DNA from: a virus
Taxonomy: Duplodnaviria > Caudoviricetes
Length of the DNA: 60,060 nt
Strand: one strand, 5' to 3'
IMG/VR virus record: IMGVR_UViG_3300020201_000020
Coordinates: 1 to 60,060 of that record
Shown: piece by piece, positions 37,365-47,141 of the stretch
Layout: each line of letters begins with the position of its first letter
Position numbering within the stretch: the first letter of the stretch is position 1
Program-made: the position numbers and the translations under genes
The notes under the pieces: model-generated
The model's input: the letters and a program-made list of their open reading frames with translations, nothing else
Told to the model about the DNA's origin: nothing
Database searches by the model: none

Positions 37365-38801
37365 ATGAACCAGCTCGAGAAGTTAGGCATCAAGATCGGC
37401 ACTCAAAAAACCATCGTAGACAACAGGATCCAAAAGTCTGAAGAGAACTATGACGTGTCACTTCAGGTTGTCCGTAAGGGTAACGGGATGTCACCTAGAG
37501 ACATGCTGGACAGACAGCTTTCTAAGGGAAGCAGCCTAGTCTACAAAGAGCCTAAACTAGTTCGCATGAGCAACCACGCAGACGATCAGTTAGACGCTGA
37601 CGATAGCTGGCAGAAGAAACGCCTTGAACAGCAAAACAAAGCTGACGCAGAGTTTGAATACGAGAAAGACTTTAATTATGCCCGTGGATCACACGGCGAA
37701 GAGTTTCATTCAGACGCTTCACTTCCAGACTATGCCATTCATGAAGTGGACAGGGAGTTCGGTGCCGAGTCACGCCCAGCCAAATCTAAAGCACGTCGTG
37801 ATGATTACGTAGGAGATGACCAAGGTGAAAAGCAGTACACCTATAAATCTGAAAACAATCTATTCCTTAAAGCCATTGATGCTTTAGATGATCTAGTCAA
37901 AGCGATTGACCCTTCTGAGAAGATGGCGAAGGACGCAGTTAATATTAAGAAAGAAAAGATGTCTAAGAAGCAGATGAACCTTGTTGCCAACATGCACGAG
38001 AATTCACCAGCGTTCACAGAGAAAAAGAAATCTTATTCAGACGTTGAAAAGGCTAATCCACTATTCCCCATCAAGCCTTCTAAGACGGTTAAAAAAGAGC
38101 CAAAAGATCCTGAAGAAAAGAATATAGAAAGAGAAGAAAGAGGCGAAGCTGAAAAGAGCTGCATGACCAAGTCAGACATTGACGAGCTTTATGATCTAAT
38201 CAAAGGCGGTTCAGTTCAGGAGATTGCCAAGGAAGAGGCGGCAGTTCGAGCTGCCCCAATCGCCAAGTCAGGAAAGTCTGAATATCTTAGACGTTCTCAT
38301 ATTCGTTCAGCCGGACAAGGTGGGCTCGTCTTCGACTTCGGCCCACTAACAGGGAATCCTATCGCCGACAATGCTACGGCCCTATTGAACGCCCATGGCG
38401 ACCAAGTACAGATGAACAATGCCAAGTATCAGTCTTCTGAATATAACAAGGCAATTGACTCATACGTAGAGAAAGGTGACGCAGCTTTTAGTTCTACTAA
38501 TTCTCCATTCAGCAATCTGAGCGGAGCTGCAGACCTAGATAAACCAATGGATCAGCAAGTGGCTGAAGCATTCGCCAAGGGTCTCTTAGATAATGACAAA
38601 TCAACTCCGGCGGTTAAGAATCATCATAACGAAAAACAAATGACCGTTGGTGGCGAAATCGTCAAAGCGACTTCTGAAACAGATGCCGCCTTAATCGAAA
38701 TGATGAAGGCTCAAGGCATGGACTTGTCTGACATGGCAGGGCATGGAGCGGTTGATGCGACAGGTGGTGGAGCTACTAAGGTGATTGCAGGATTGGATTA
38801 A
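37365..38801 (+). CDS. putative head-associated, proteolytically processed protein
   Basis: TAAGGAG SD; many hydrophobic-x-K-[ASG] sites; immediately precedes portal. Confidence 0.55.
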   Translation: MNQLEKLGIKIGTQKTIVDNRIQKSEENYDVSLQVVRKGNGMSPRDMLDRQLSKGSSLVYKEPKLVRMSNHADDQLDADDSWQKKRLEQQNKADAEFEYEKDFNYARGSHGEEFHSDASLPDYAIHEVDREFGAESRPAKSKARRDDYVGDDQGEKQYTYKSENNLFLKAIDALDDLVKAIDPSEKMAKDAVNIKKEKMSKKQMNLVANMHENSPAFTEKKKSYSDVEKANPLFPIKPSKTVKKEPKDPEEKNIEREERGEAEKSCMTKSDIDELYDLIKGGSVQEIAKEEAAVRAAPIAKSGKSEYLRRSHIRSAGQGGLVFDFGPLTGNPIADNATALLNAHGDQVQMNNAKYQSSEYNKAIDSYVEKGDAAFSSTNSPFSNLSGAADLDKPMDQQVAEAFAKGLLDNDKSTPAVKNHHNEKQMTVGGEIVKATSETDAALIEMMKAQGMDLSDMAGHGAVDATGGGATKVIAGLD

Positions 38802-38805
38802 TACT

Positions 38806-40635
38806 ATGGGTTTTGTAAATGAGTTCCTATCTAAGTCGATAGAGTTCTATAAGGAAGAGATTGGCCCATTAAGGTACGATCTTGTTAAGGCTGGGATTCT
38901 AGCACCGGACAAATCGGCGTATGAACCTAAGTCCTCCCTCGTAGACCCTTTTTCTTATGGCCAAGTAAACCAAGGCTACAAAGAGAAATACGGAATCATC
39001 GACTATCAGAAATGTAGACAGATCACATACGCAGACCCAATAGTCGCTTCCATTGTCCAGACACGCTTGAACCAGCTTGCAGCTTTTTCAAAGCCACAGT
39101 CAGACAAGTACAAAGTTGGATACAAGATATCCCTACGTGACAAGGAGAAGACTCCCACGGATGCTGAGAAGAAAAGATGTAAAGAACTCGAGCAGTTCAT
39201 TTATAACTGCGGCGTTCCAGAAAACTTCGAGGACACTCCAGACCTAAGACGTAGAGATAGCTTTGAAACTTTCATGCGTAAGATTGGCCGTGACTCTTTG
39301 ACGTTTGATCAGATCAACTTCGAGGTCATTCCAAGAAACGACGGGAAGCCGTACCAGTTTCAAGCTGTAGACGGTTCAACCATTCGTGTGATCCCAGACA
39401 AGAAGGAACACGCAGAACGATCGTCAGGAAACTATAACGAAAAAAACAACAGGGTCTTCTCCAATGACTTCGGCACGGCCAAGATCTTTAAAGAATTTGA
39501 GCCTAAGAATCCAAAGTTCGCACAAGTAATCAACGGCATCATTCGTCATACATACGACGAGTGGGAGATGGCGTTTGGTGTAAGAAATCCTAGAACAGAT
39601 ATTTTAAGCGCAGGTTACGGCTATTCAGAAATTGAGATGCTTGTCACAACAATCACCTCTCACATGAATGCTGAAACATATAACAGAAAATTCTTCTCGC
39701 AGGGATCTACCATTAAGGGTGTTATGACCTTTGAAGGGAACGTCCCGCCAGATCAATTGGAAGCTTTCCGTAGACAGTGGTATCAGCAAGTGACGGGAGT
39801 GAACAACTCTTGGAGAACGCCGATCATGGCACTTGGGAAAGACTCTAAGCTTAACTGGACTTCACTCCATTCTACTAACAGAGAAATGGAATTTGGTAAG
39901 TGGCTTGAGTATTGTATCAAGACTATTTGCGGTGTGTTTCAAATTGACCCTATTGAAATTGGTTTCGATATTTCAAAGCAAGGCTCTGGAGCTTCAGGTG
40001 GCTCTGGCGGTCTAGGGAACGGGAACCAAGCTGAACGAATGAACTTTTCAAAAGACAAAGGGCTTCTGCCTTTGCTTACGTTTATCGCTTCGCTACTCAA
40101 TGACTACATCGTTTTTAGACTCGATCCAAACTTCGTCCTAGAGTTTGTCGGCCTGAATGGATCAACAGAGAAAGACGACCTCGACAGGGCAGTTCAACAA
40201 GTAAAATCATATAAAACAATTAATGAGATAAGAGCCGAACATGACCTTGAGCCTTTGCCGTCGTTTGAAGAAATTAAAAATCCGGGCGACGTTGTCCTTG
40301 ATCCTTCTCTTCTTAACTTTATCACCAGTCAGATCGCAGCAGCACAAGCTCCTGAAGGTGGAGAACTCGGGCCAGACGGACAACCCCTTGATCCGCAAGC
40401 CGAAGATTCGCCACCAGATATGCAAGAGCCTCAAGACGAAGGCGAACAGGAAGAAGAGCCTGACTACGAATCAATGTCTACTGAAGAGCTGCAAGCTGAG
40501 TTAGATAAGCTTCAAACACCACAAGCTGGCGGTGGAAAACCTCCTGCTAAAGGCAAACAGCCACAGCAGAAGCAACCACAGCCAACTAGAAAGAGCATGA
40601 AGGAATTTAAGAAATCACTGGAGCTAGAACTTTGA
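38806..40635 (+). CDS. portal protein
   Basis: RDSLTFDQINFE, VRNPRTD, YSEIE, YNRKFFSQG, EMEFGKW, TINEIR (Twort/K-like portal). Confidence 0.93.
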   Translation: MGFVNEFLSKSIEFYKEEIGPLRYDLVKAGILAPDKSAYEPKSSLVDPFSYGQVNQGYKEKYGIIDYQKCRQITYADPIVASIVQTRLNQLAAFSKPQSDKYKVGYKISLRDKEKTPTDAEKKRCKELEQFIYNCGVPENFEDTPDLRRRDSFETFMRKIGRDSLTFDQINFEVIPRNDGKPYQFQAVDGSTIRVIPDKKEHAERSSGNYNEKNNRVFSNDFGTAKIFKEFEPKNPKFAQVINGIIRHTYDEWEMAFGVRNPRTDILSAGYGYSEIEMLVTTITSHMNAETYNRKFFSQGSTIKGVMTFEGNVPPDQLEAFRRQWYQQVTGVNNSWRTPIMALGKDSKLNWTSLHSTNREMEFGKWLEYCIKTICGVFQIDPIEIGFDISKQGSGASGGSGGLGNGNQAERMNFSKDKGLLPLLTFIASLLNDYIVFRLDPNFVLEFVGLNGSTEKDDLDRAVQQVKSYKTINEIRAEHDLEPLPSFEEIKNPGDVVLDPSLLNFITSQIAAAQAPEGGELGPDGQPLDPQAEDSPPDMQEPQDEGEQEEEPDYESMSTEELQAELDKLQTPQAGGGKPPAKGKQPQQKQPQPTRKSMKEFKKSLELEL

Positions 40636-40850
40636 AAGTTAGAATAGAAGCGACTCAAAAAGAATTCGACGCTAAGAGGAAAGCCCTTGGGGAACTTCTT
40701 AGCAAGTCGTCTTCTGAAGTGAAGTTCACAACTCCACGAAGAGGACGCTTCAAGGCCCAGCAAGAAATGCTTAAATATTATGATGATGAATTCAAGAAGT
40801 TACTCGTCGCAATAAAGGCAGACATAGATGAAATCATTAAACAAAACTAG
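40632..40850 (+). CDS. small head-region protein
   Basis: GGAG SD; TTGA coupling. Confidence 0.55.
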   Translation: MKVRIEATQKEFDAKRKALGELLSKSSSEVKFTTPRRGRFKAQQEMLKYYDDEFKKLLVAIKADIDEIIKQN

Positions 40851-43368
40851 GTTCTATGTAGAACCTGATGTGATAAAAGCTGACGTTGCTTCAGTCGCCG
40901 TTGTGCATGACGATAAAATTCTAATGATGCAAAGACGGGACAACTCTCGGTGGACATTGCCCGGTGGGCATCTTGATGACGGAGAAGATCCTTCTGAAGG
41001 TGCCAAGCGTGAACTAAAAGAAGAAGCAGGGATCATAGCTAACAAAGTTAGAAGCCTTGGCTCAGAAAAATTAACATCGTTCACTGGTAAGAAGATGACC
41101 ATTCATGCGTTCATCTATGAGCCAAAACAAAAACCAACATTCAATTCTAAAAACGATCCAGACAAAGAAGCTGGTGTTCACAAGTGGGTTAGTATCAAAG
41201 ATTTTCCACAAGACATAAAAGACAATCTTCATTCTCCTAGAAATACAGTCCTTAGAAAAATAGGTATTCTCAAAAGTCTTATGGACTCTGGAATTGACCT
41301 GCTAATGAAGGGTGTGAAGGGAGCGTCAGCAGCGAATCATAAATACATTCGCAAGTATAAGCGTGGGTCTAAGTGGGTCTATGTTTACGTTGAGCCTAAC
41401 GGGAAATCAAGAACGCTCCCAGATGAATGGATCAAAGCTGTTGAAAAGTTAGCAGCAGATGGCAGCGAAGTTGCTATGAAAATGCTTGAAGATGTCGTGG
41501 AATACGCTCCCGGTAAAATAGAAGAACTTAGGAAGCTTCACTCTCTTGGAAGTGAGCTGGCATCGAGACACTTGAAAGAAATGGGAATCGATCCAGCTAT
41601 TGAAGAAGTTGTTGAATCAATGAAGCCAGCCGACTCAGTACGTGCAAACTTAAGCGCAGAAGATAAGACTAAGGTTTTTAGTTCTATGGATTCTGCACTC
41701 AGTACGAATCTTTTTGACCGTTTAAATTCTCACAGAACAGGCCCTATTGGTTTAGCTCTTACTGCGCTTGTAGGTTCAGATTGGAATATTGCTCGTCGTA
41801 AAATAATGGATGCGGTAAACAAGAAGAAAACGACAGAAGAAATGCTTCAAGAGTTTCATAGACAGTTAAACGTGATCGACAGTCTTCCGGCCTCTGCCCG
41901 TCATGAGGTGACCTCGGCTGGAGGCGCAGGTAACTTTACCTACAATAAAGCAATTGAGCTCATGACGACCAAAGGAATTCTTCCTGAAGGGTATGGCACT
42001 GTTCACAAGAGGACTCCTGGATCTCCTGAACACGAAGTTCAAGGTGTCGATGACATTAGAGAAAGAGTCAAACGTGCTAAAGCAGAAAGAGCTAAAGCGG
42101 AAAGAGTTGAAGCAGAAAGAGAACAGAGAGAGCTTGGAGAATATATTCCTAAAGCAGAAGCAGTGCTTTCTTATTACGGAAAAACTGTCAACGATGCTGC
42201 AAAGATCACTATAGCTAAAAACATAAGAAAGTTTTTTGGTGCTAATTTTGACATGGTAAAATTTGATAAATTTTTAAACCCTGACAGTAGAAACTCTACA
42301 GTGATCAAAATAAGTGACGGATTCCTAAGTGGACTAGAAGGGAACTCAGGAAGGGAAAGAGAAATTTCTTTTTCATTTGACATAAAAGATAGCAGAACAG
42401 GTGCTCAAGTAACGGGTGCTTCTAGAAGGATTATAAAGAACTCTGACAATTCTATCCATTTCCATAATGACCACTTCCGCAGACCCGGAAATGATAAGCT
42501 TGAAAAGTATGAAGGCATGTCTAAAGGTATGTATGCCGGTGTTGAAAATTTCATGAAAGAAGTAACAAAAGACTATCCAGAAGCTGCTAAGAATAACTCG
42601 ACAATAGAAATGGGTGCGGCAAATCACGGATTTGGAGATTCATTTAAAGGGTCTCTATTGTGGGCAAAGCATTACTTTGATTTTAAAAACAGCAGTGATC
42701 TTTCAAAGTGGAAGTCTACATTTACAGCGGCAATAGATCAGGCAAAAATAGATATACCATCTATGGCCTCAGACCTTGAGGCTGTGAAGAAGAAAATATC
42801 CTCATTTAAGCATCCATATCAGTTTGTCAATCTAGGTATAAAGGTGAACAGGGTTCAAGCTGGCAAACTGGCGAAATACAGAGGGTCAGCAGTTGTCGCA
42901 GGAGTAACCCATAGCAACGGTCTTGATTTTGATTTTAACAGAATATTTAATGCCAAGGAAGCTGTCCGTAATGGAATAGCTGGTGATGGGAAAATCGACA
43001 TTGGAGAAGTCCTTCTGATAAAGGGTCAGGATAGTTTTTATGGTATAAATTATTTCAACAAAAAGACTCCTCCTCCTAGCGTCTTGAATGATTTTAGAAC
43101 AGCCTATTACAATAGAGAAGGCGGGGCGACTGCAGGTGCAGCTCCCGCTAGTGCAGCTCCCGCCGGACGCTTTACTTCTCCAAGAGTAAAAGAGACTGTA
43201 GAAAGAACTTGGAAACCGAAAGGAAAGTCTATCGTTATGAACGCAGATAGGCTTAGGCAGATAGGCTCTTGGAGCAAAGAAGAGATCCATGAGTTTTACC
43301 AAAAAGCTCCGCTCACAAGAGATGCTAAGGAAAGAGTTAAGCAGATAATGAACAGTATTGGAGGATGA
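40828..43368 (+). CDS. multidomain putative ejected protein: NUDIX hydrolase, HKYI motif and GNAT-like domain
   Basis: Nudix box PGGHLDDGEDPSEGAKRELKEEAG; HKYIRK...WVYVY; IEMGAAN..KGSLLWAKHYFDF. Confidence 0.7.
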   Translation: MKSLNKTRFYVEPDVIKADVASVAVVHDDKILMMQRRDNSRWTLPGGHLDDGEDPSEGAKRELKEEAGIIANKVRSLGSEKLTSFTGKKMTIHAFIYEPKQKPTFNSKNDPDKEAGVHKWVSIKDFPQDIKDNLHSPRNTVLRKIGILKSLMDSGIDLLMKGVKGASAANHKYIRKYKRGSKWVYVYVEPNGKSRTLPDEWIKAVEKLAADGSEVAMKMLEDVVEYAPGKIEELRKLHSLGSELASRHLKEMGIDPAIEEVVESMKPADSVRANLSAEDKTKVFSSMDSALSTNLFDRLNSHRTGPIGLALTALVGSDWNIARRKIMDAVNKKKTTEEMLQEFHRQLNVIDSLPASARHEVTSAGGAGNFTYNKAIELMTTKGILPEGYGTVHKRTPGSPEHEVQGVDDIRERVKRAKAERAKAERVEAEREQRELGEYIPKAEAVLSYYGKTVNDAAKITIAKNIRKFFGANFDMVKFDKFLNPDSRNSTVIKISDGFLSGLEGNSGREREISFSFDIKDSRTGAQVTGASRRIIKNSDNSIHFHNDHFRRPGNDKLEKYEGMSKGMYAGVENFMKEVTKDYPEAAKNNSTIEMGAANHGFGDSFKGSLLWAKHYFDFKNSSDLSKWKSTFTAAIDQAKIDIPSMASDLEAVKKKISSFKHPYQFVNLGIKVNRVQAGKLAKYRGSAVVAGVTHSNGLDFDFNRIFNAKEAVRNGIAGDGKIDIGEVLLIKGQDSFYGINYFNKKTPPPSVLNDFRTAYYNREGGATAGAAPASAAPAGRFTSPRVKETVERTWKPKGKSIVMNADRLRQIGSWSKEEIHEFYQKAPLTRDAKERVKQIMNSIGG

Positions 43369-43570
43369 TGTGGACATAGAAGAGTATATGATGGTCGATT
43401 CTATTGAGGGAGACTTTGAGCACCTCGTAGAGGCTGAATATGAAAAAGAAATGTTCCACAGGCTAGTCGAAGATTTGCTTGGTTCTGACTATTACCAGCT
43501 TGGAATGCAAATTTGCGAAGACAATCCAGCGTTGAAAGTTAAATTTGAATCATATTTTAGAGGCCCATAA
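43358..43570 (+). CDS. small acidic protein
   Basis: 70 aa; overlaps end of 40828. Confidence 0.55.
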   Translation: MEDDVDIEEYMMVDSIEGDFEHLVEAEYEKEMFHRLVEDLLGSDYYQLGMQICEDNPALKVKFESYFRGP

Positions 43571-43572
43571 TA

Positions 43573-44496
43573 GTGCTGACTAAAAAAGAGTTGAAAGAAA
43601 TTGAAGAAGTAATCAAGAACCGCTTTATAGCTTTTCGATATGAGCATCTAGCAGATCGAAGCTTGACCCCTGCAGATCTTGAACAGCTTAAACGAGCAGG
43701 AATCCTACGGGAGTCTGTTCGTAATTTCTCAGGCGATGCATTCGCTCTCGGCAAGATAGTCGGTGCCGTTGGTGAAAAAGAATCACTCTCGATGGGCTTT
43801 GATGAGCTCCAAAAGATGGTTCTAAAAATGCCACGAACCACAGTTGAAAAGAAAGCTATAGAATTCGCTAACGACCATGCTGGGGAATACATCCAAGGCA
43901 TAGGCGACCTGATAATTAAAGATGTCAGGACAGGCTCTGTTAGAGCGACAGGGGAAGCCTTACGTTCCGTTCAGGATGGAGTGAAGAACGCCATCAAGGA
44001 TCGTAAAACTATTTCAGAACTTAGAACAGATTTGTTTCACCGCATTGATGACCGTTTCAAGGACTGGCAAAGAGTCGCTCACACAGAGATGGCCAGCTCA
44101 ATTCAAAACGGGATATACAACGACATAAGAGAAAATTCAAAACACGGATCAGACCAGTTGGTATTTAAAAGACCTTCTCCTGATGCGTGTAGTCACTGTA
44201 AAAGAATGTATCTTGAATCTGACGGGATCACTCCTCTCATATTTAAGATGAGCGAACTTTCAGCTTCCAACATTGGAAAAAAAGCAGCTGATTGGGAGCC
44301 AACTATAGGGCCTGTTCACCCGTGGTGCCAGTGTCAGCTTCAAATGGTTCCAGATGGTTTCGAGTTCAAGACGAGCAAAGATGGTAATGCAGAGCTTGTC
44401 TATACGGGCAGATCGGCTACAATTTCATTAAAGAAGAGTTTTAACAATGACATGCTTTCCGATGAAGAGTCTGAATGCGTATGTAAGTATGAATGA
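43573..44496 (+). CDS. MuF (SPP1 gp7-like) minor head protein
   Basis: DWQRVAHTE, ACSHC, PVHPWCQC. Confidence 0.85.
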   Translation: MLTKKELKEIEEVIKNRFIAFRYEHLADRSLTPADLEQLKRAGILRESVRNFSGDAFALGKIVGAVGEKESLSMGFDELQKMVLKMPRTTVEKKAIEFANDHAGEYIQGIGDLIIKDVRTGSVRATGEALRSVQDGVKNAIKDRKTISELRTDLFHRIDDRFKDWQRVAHTEMASSIQNGIYNDIRENSKHGSDQLVFKRPSPDACSHCKRMYLESDGITPLIFKMSELSASNIGKKAADWEPTIGPVHPWCQCQLQMVPDGFEFKTSKDGNAELVYTGRSATISLKKSFNNDMLSDEESECVCKYE

Positions 44497-46807
44497 AAAA
44501 AGGCAGAGTATGGAAAAGTTTGTAATTAGTAATGATCTGATTAAATCCTCTAGATATCATAAATACATTAAGCGAACGGGCAGCCCCGGTCACTACAAAT
44601 ATTGGTACAAAGACGCATCAGGCAGACTGGTTTCTCACGAAGACGATGCCCATGATGGCGCAAAACACGAGCACGTAAAAAGACTCTTTGTTGGAAAGAA
44701 GGCTGGTCATCATTCTATGACGAATGCTGAAATATCAGCACTAACCGGTGTCAACGCTAAGAAGGTCAGAGACATTGGAACAGCGGTCAGACCAGGGCCA
44801 ACACCTGCATCTCAAACTTATCACGAACATGAATTGCATGAAGCAAAACATAGCGATGTGGGGTCTGATGAATACACTCGAAAAATTGAAAGTATTAAGA
44901 ACGAAATTGAATCAAGAGGAACAGCAGGCTCAAGACCCGCAGCAGCAAGAGCGAGTAGATCAAGAGCAACACCGGCAGCAGCTCCAGCTCGACCAGCTAC
45001 AACAACTCCTTCAAGAGCGAGTGCTCCAGCAGCCGCCGCAACTCCAGCAGCACCCACGGAGACTCCTGCCGCCAAAAAAGAAAGAGAAAAAAAAGAAGCA
45101 ATAGAAGCAGGATTAGCAAGACTAAAAGCAGTGTATGGCACTGATCTAGTGGCCATGTATGGGAAACCAGCAGCCGCTCCAGCCGCTCCAGCCGCTCCAG
45201 CCGCTCCAGCTCCCGCTGGGCTTGGACCAAATATGGCATCACTGTTCGGGACAGACGCTGGCGAAGCTACTAGCTCAAGTCGAAATATTGCCAAAGTTCA
45301 ACAAATTGAGCAAGCAAGGGCTGCATTGACGAATTTGTCTTTAAGAGACGAAGCAAGAAAAGACGCTGTTGAAGAACATTCTGATGGATCTATTTCTAGG
45401 TCGTACAGGGTCTATCATTATTTCACTGCTAGAGATGGCGAGGAAGACGATGATCAGCCAAACTTCACAGGAGGGGTAGAAGCCCTTGCAGAAGTTAAAA
45501 GCAAACTTCCCGCTTCAATATTAGAAAAATTCAATGTTACGGTAGAAGACAATAGCGAAAAGTCTTGGATGGATGTTGTATTACGGCCTAAAGCACCGAC
45601 TGCTGCAAGACCGGCAGCTCCCACTGCCACAGCCGCACAAACCCAAGCCCGTGAAGCAACCGCTGCCGCTAGGGCAGAACTAGCTTCTCCTGAAACGGCG
45701 GAACTACATGTTGGCGATCCAGAGCTTGCAAGGCTTGATGCATCCATTAATAAGATGGTTGAAGATCAGACTGCTGGGAAAAATCCATACGTTATAAGAG
45801 CGAAAGAGTTCTATGAAAAAGTGAAGAATGACATAACAAATACTCAGGTCTCTCCAGAAAGAAGCACTACTGTTAAAAACTTTCTTGCTGCGATTGCTCA
45901 GGCAGGTCATGGTGCCAATGAAGCCTCGGTGAAAGCTGCCTATGTAGGAATAAGAACAAGTACAGGTAAAGGATCAGCATGGGCACAGGCTCAAAAAGAT
46001 GTTTTTGATACTGTCTTCCATACGGCCAAAGAGCTGATAGGCAACGAGCCAGTGAATGTGGACATGGAACGTATGAAGCGTGGATTTGGTAGAATGCAGT
46101 TTGAAAGACTGAAGCCCTTCTTGAAACCGGAGTTTGCTGCTGGACTAACAAATGGTGCTCCACCTCCATATCCAACATACAACGATCTTCAAGACTGGCC
46201 TTCTGATGAAGCGGGTCGTCCTGCTTGGTCAAAAGAACCAAGAAAGATAAATAAGAAAGTCCCTAAAGAGTTCTTTGATTCAATGCCGAAAGACGCAGAC
46301 GGGAAGGTGTCAATGCCTCCTAAAGACTTTCCTCTTCATTTAACTCCTGTCTGGAATTATTATGCCAAAGATATGGCCACTCCATACGGGGAAAGACTAG
46401 ACGCTAACGATATGGGTTCTGATCAAAAGTTTAGAATGCCTAGTGCAGGAGACCTAAGAAGCAAGCTTAGAAACACTGTTAGAAAATTTATCCAAGTCAG
46501 GGGTGAAAACAGCTTTGCTGACATACCTGCATCCGAAGCTCAAAGGAAGGGAGTCAGGCTAGAAGACCTATACAAGTCTGACGACAGCTTTAAGAGAGTT
46601 ATGGCCACTAAGGTTATTCCTATGGGAGATCTTGTTAGGTTTATAAAAGAGCAGTCACAGACCAAGAAGTCCTTCTCCCTATGCGTGGATGAGAATCTCG
46701 GTGCCGCAACCTTTAAAAAGGCTTTCACTATTGAAGACGATATGAAAAAATCTGATCTAATTAGTAAGATTAAAAAATTAAAAAAATCGATTGGGAATAA
46801 AGCATGA
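44447..46807 (+). CDS. large putative head-packaged protein with HKYI motif, HTH and Ala/Pro linkers
   Basis: LIK|S..HKYIKRTG..HYKYWY; MTNAEISALTGVNAKKV; start probably 44489 or 44510. Confidence 0.65.
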   Translation: MTCFPMKSLNAYVSMNEKRQSMEKFVISNDLIKSSRYHKYIKRTGSPGHYKYWYKDASGRLVSHEDDAHDGAKHEHVKRLFVGKKAGHHSMTNAEISALTGVNAKKVRDIGTAVRPGPTPASQTYHEHELHEAKHSDVGSDEYTRKIESIKNEIESRGTAGSRPAAARASRSRATPAAAPARPATTTPSRASAPAAAATPAAPTETPAAKKEREKKEAIEAGLARLKAVYGTDLVAMYGKPAAAPAAPAAPAAPAPAGLGPNMASLFGTDAGEATSSSRNIAKVQQIEQARAALTNLSLRDEARKDAVEEHSDGSISRSYRVYHYFTARDGEEDDDQPNFTGGVEALAEVKSKLPASILEKFNVTVEDNSEKSWMDVVLRPKAPTAARPAAPTATAAQTQAREATAAARAELASPETAELHVGDPELARLDASINKMVEDQTAGKNPYVIRAKEFYEKVKNDITNTQVSPERSTTVKNFLAAIAQAGHGANEASVKAAYVGIRTSTGKGSAWAQAQKDVFDTVFHTAKELIGNEPVNVDMERMKRGFGRMQFERLKPFLKPEFAAGLTNGAPPPYPTYNDLQDWPSDEAGRPAWSKEPRKINKKVPKEFFDSMPKDADGKVSMPPKDFPLHLTPVWNYYAKDMATPYGERLDANDMGSDQKFRMPSAGDLRSKLRNTVRKFIQVRGENSFADIPASEAQRKGVRLEDLYKSDDSFKRVMATKVIPMGDLVRFIKEQSQTKKSFSLCVDENLGAATFKKAFTIEDDMKKSDLISKIKKLKKSIGNKA
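45171..45210 (+). repeat. 9-bp tandem repeat (CAGCCGCTC)x4+ encoding (PAA)n
   Basis: read directly. Confidence 0.85.
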
Positions 46808-47022
46808 TTGAAAAATCTCACAACCTCGACTGTCCTAAGTGTGGCTCGAGCGTGATCAAGTCCTATGCCGACGAAGCCAAGCTCAGAATGAAGGTAATCA
46901 TTTGGAACAGAGATGGTATGTATGCGGTCTGCAAGAGCTGTGATCATGAGATTAAGATCGAAATGGATCTCCTAAAGTCCATGCAGACCAAGTTTTCTTA
47001 CGAGGTGGATAAAAATTCCTAG
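46804..47022 (+). CDS. zinc-ribbon protein
   Basis: CPKC...CKSC. Confidence 0.7.
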   Translation: MIEKSHNLDCPKCGSSVIKSYADEAKLRMKVIIWNRDGMYAVCKSCDHEIKIEMDLLKSMQTKFSYEVDKNS

Positions 47023-47029
47023 CACTTTT

Positions 47030-47061
47030 TTGTTGCATCGCTAGTATTACGATGTAATACT
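47030..47061 (+). promoter_or_regulatory. putative promoter/operator for the capsid operon
   Basis: TTGCAT followed by inverted repeat AGTATTAC-GAT-GTAATACT over the -10-like region. Confidence 0.4.
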
Positions 47062-47141
47062 TTTTAAATATCAGCATTTTTAGACTCAAGTTTGACGGAG
47101 TAGCTGAACGAAAATTAACTATTTTTGTTTACTGAGGCTAC

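Noticed and set aside
43573-44496. MuF-toxin fusion
   Set aside because: MuF ends shortly after HPWCQC with no C-terminal toxin domain
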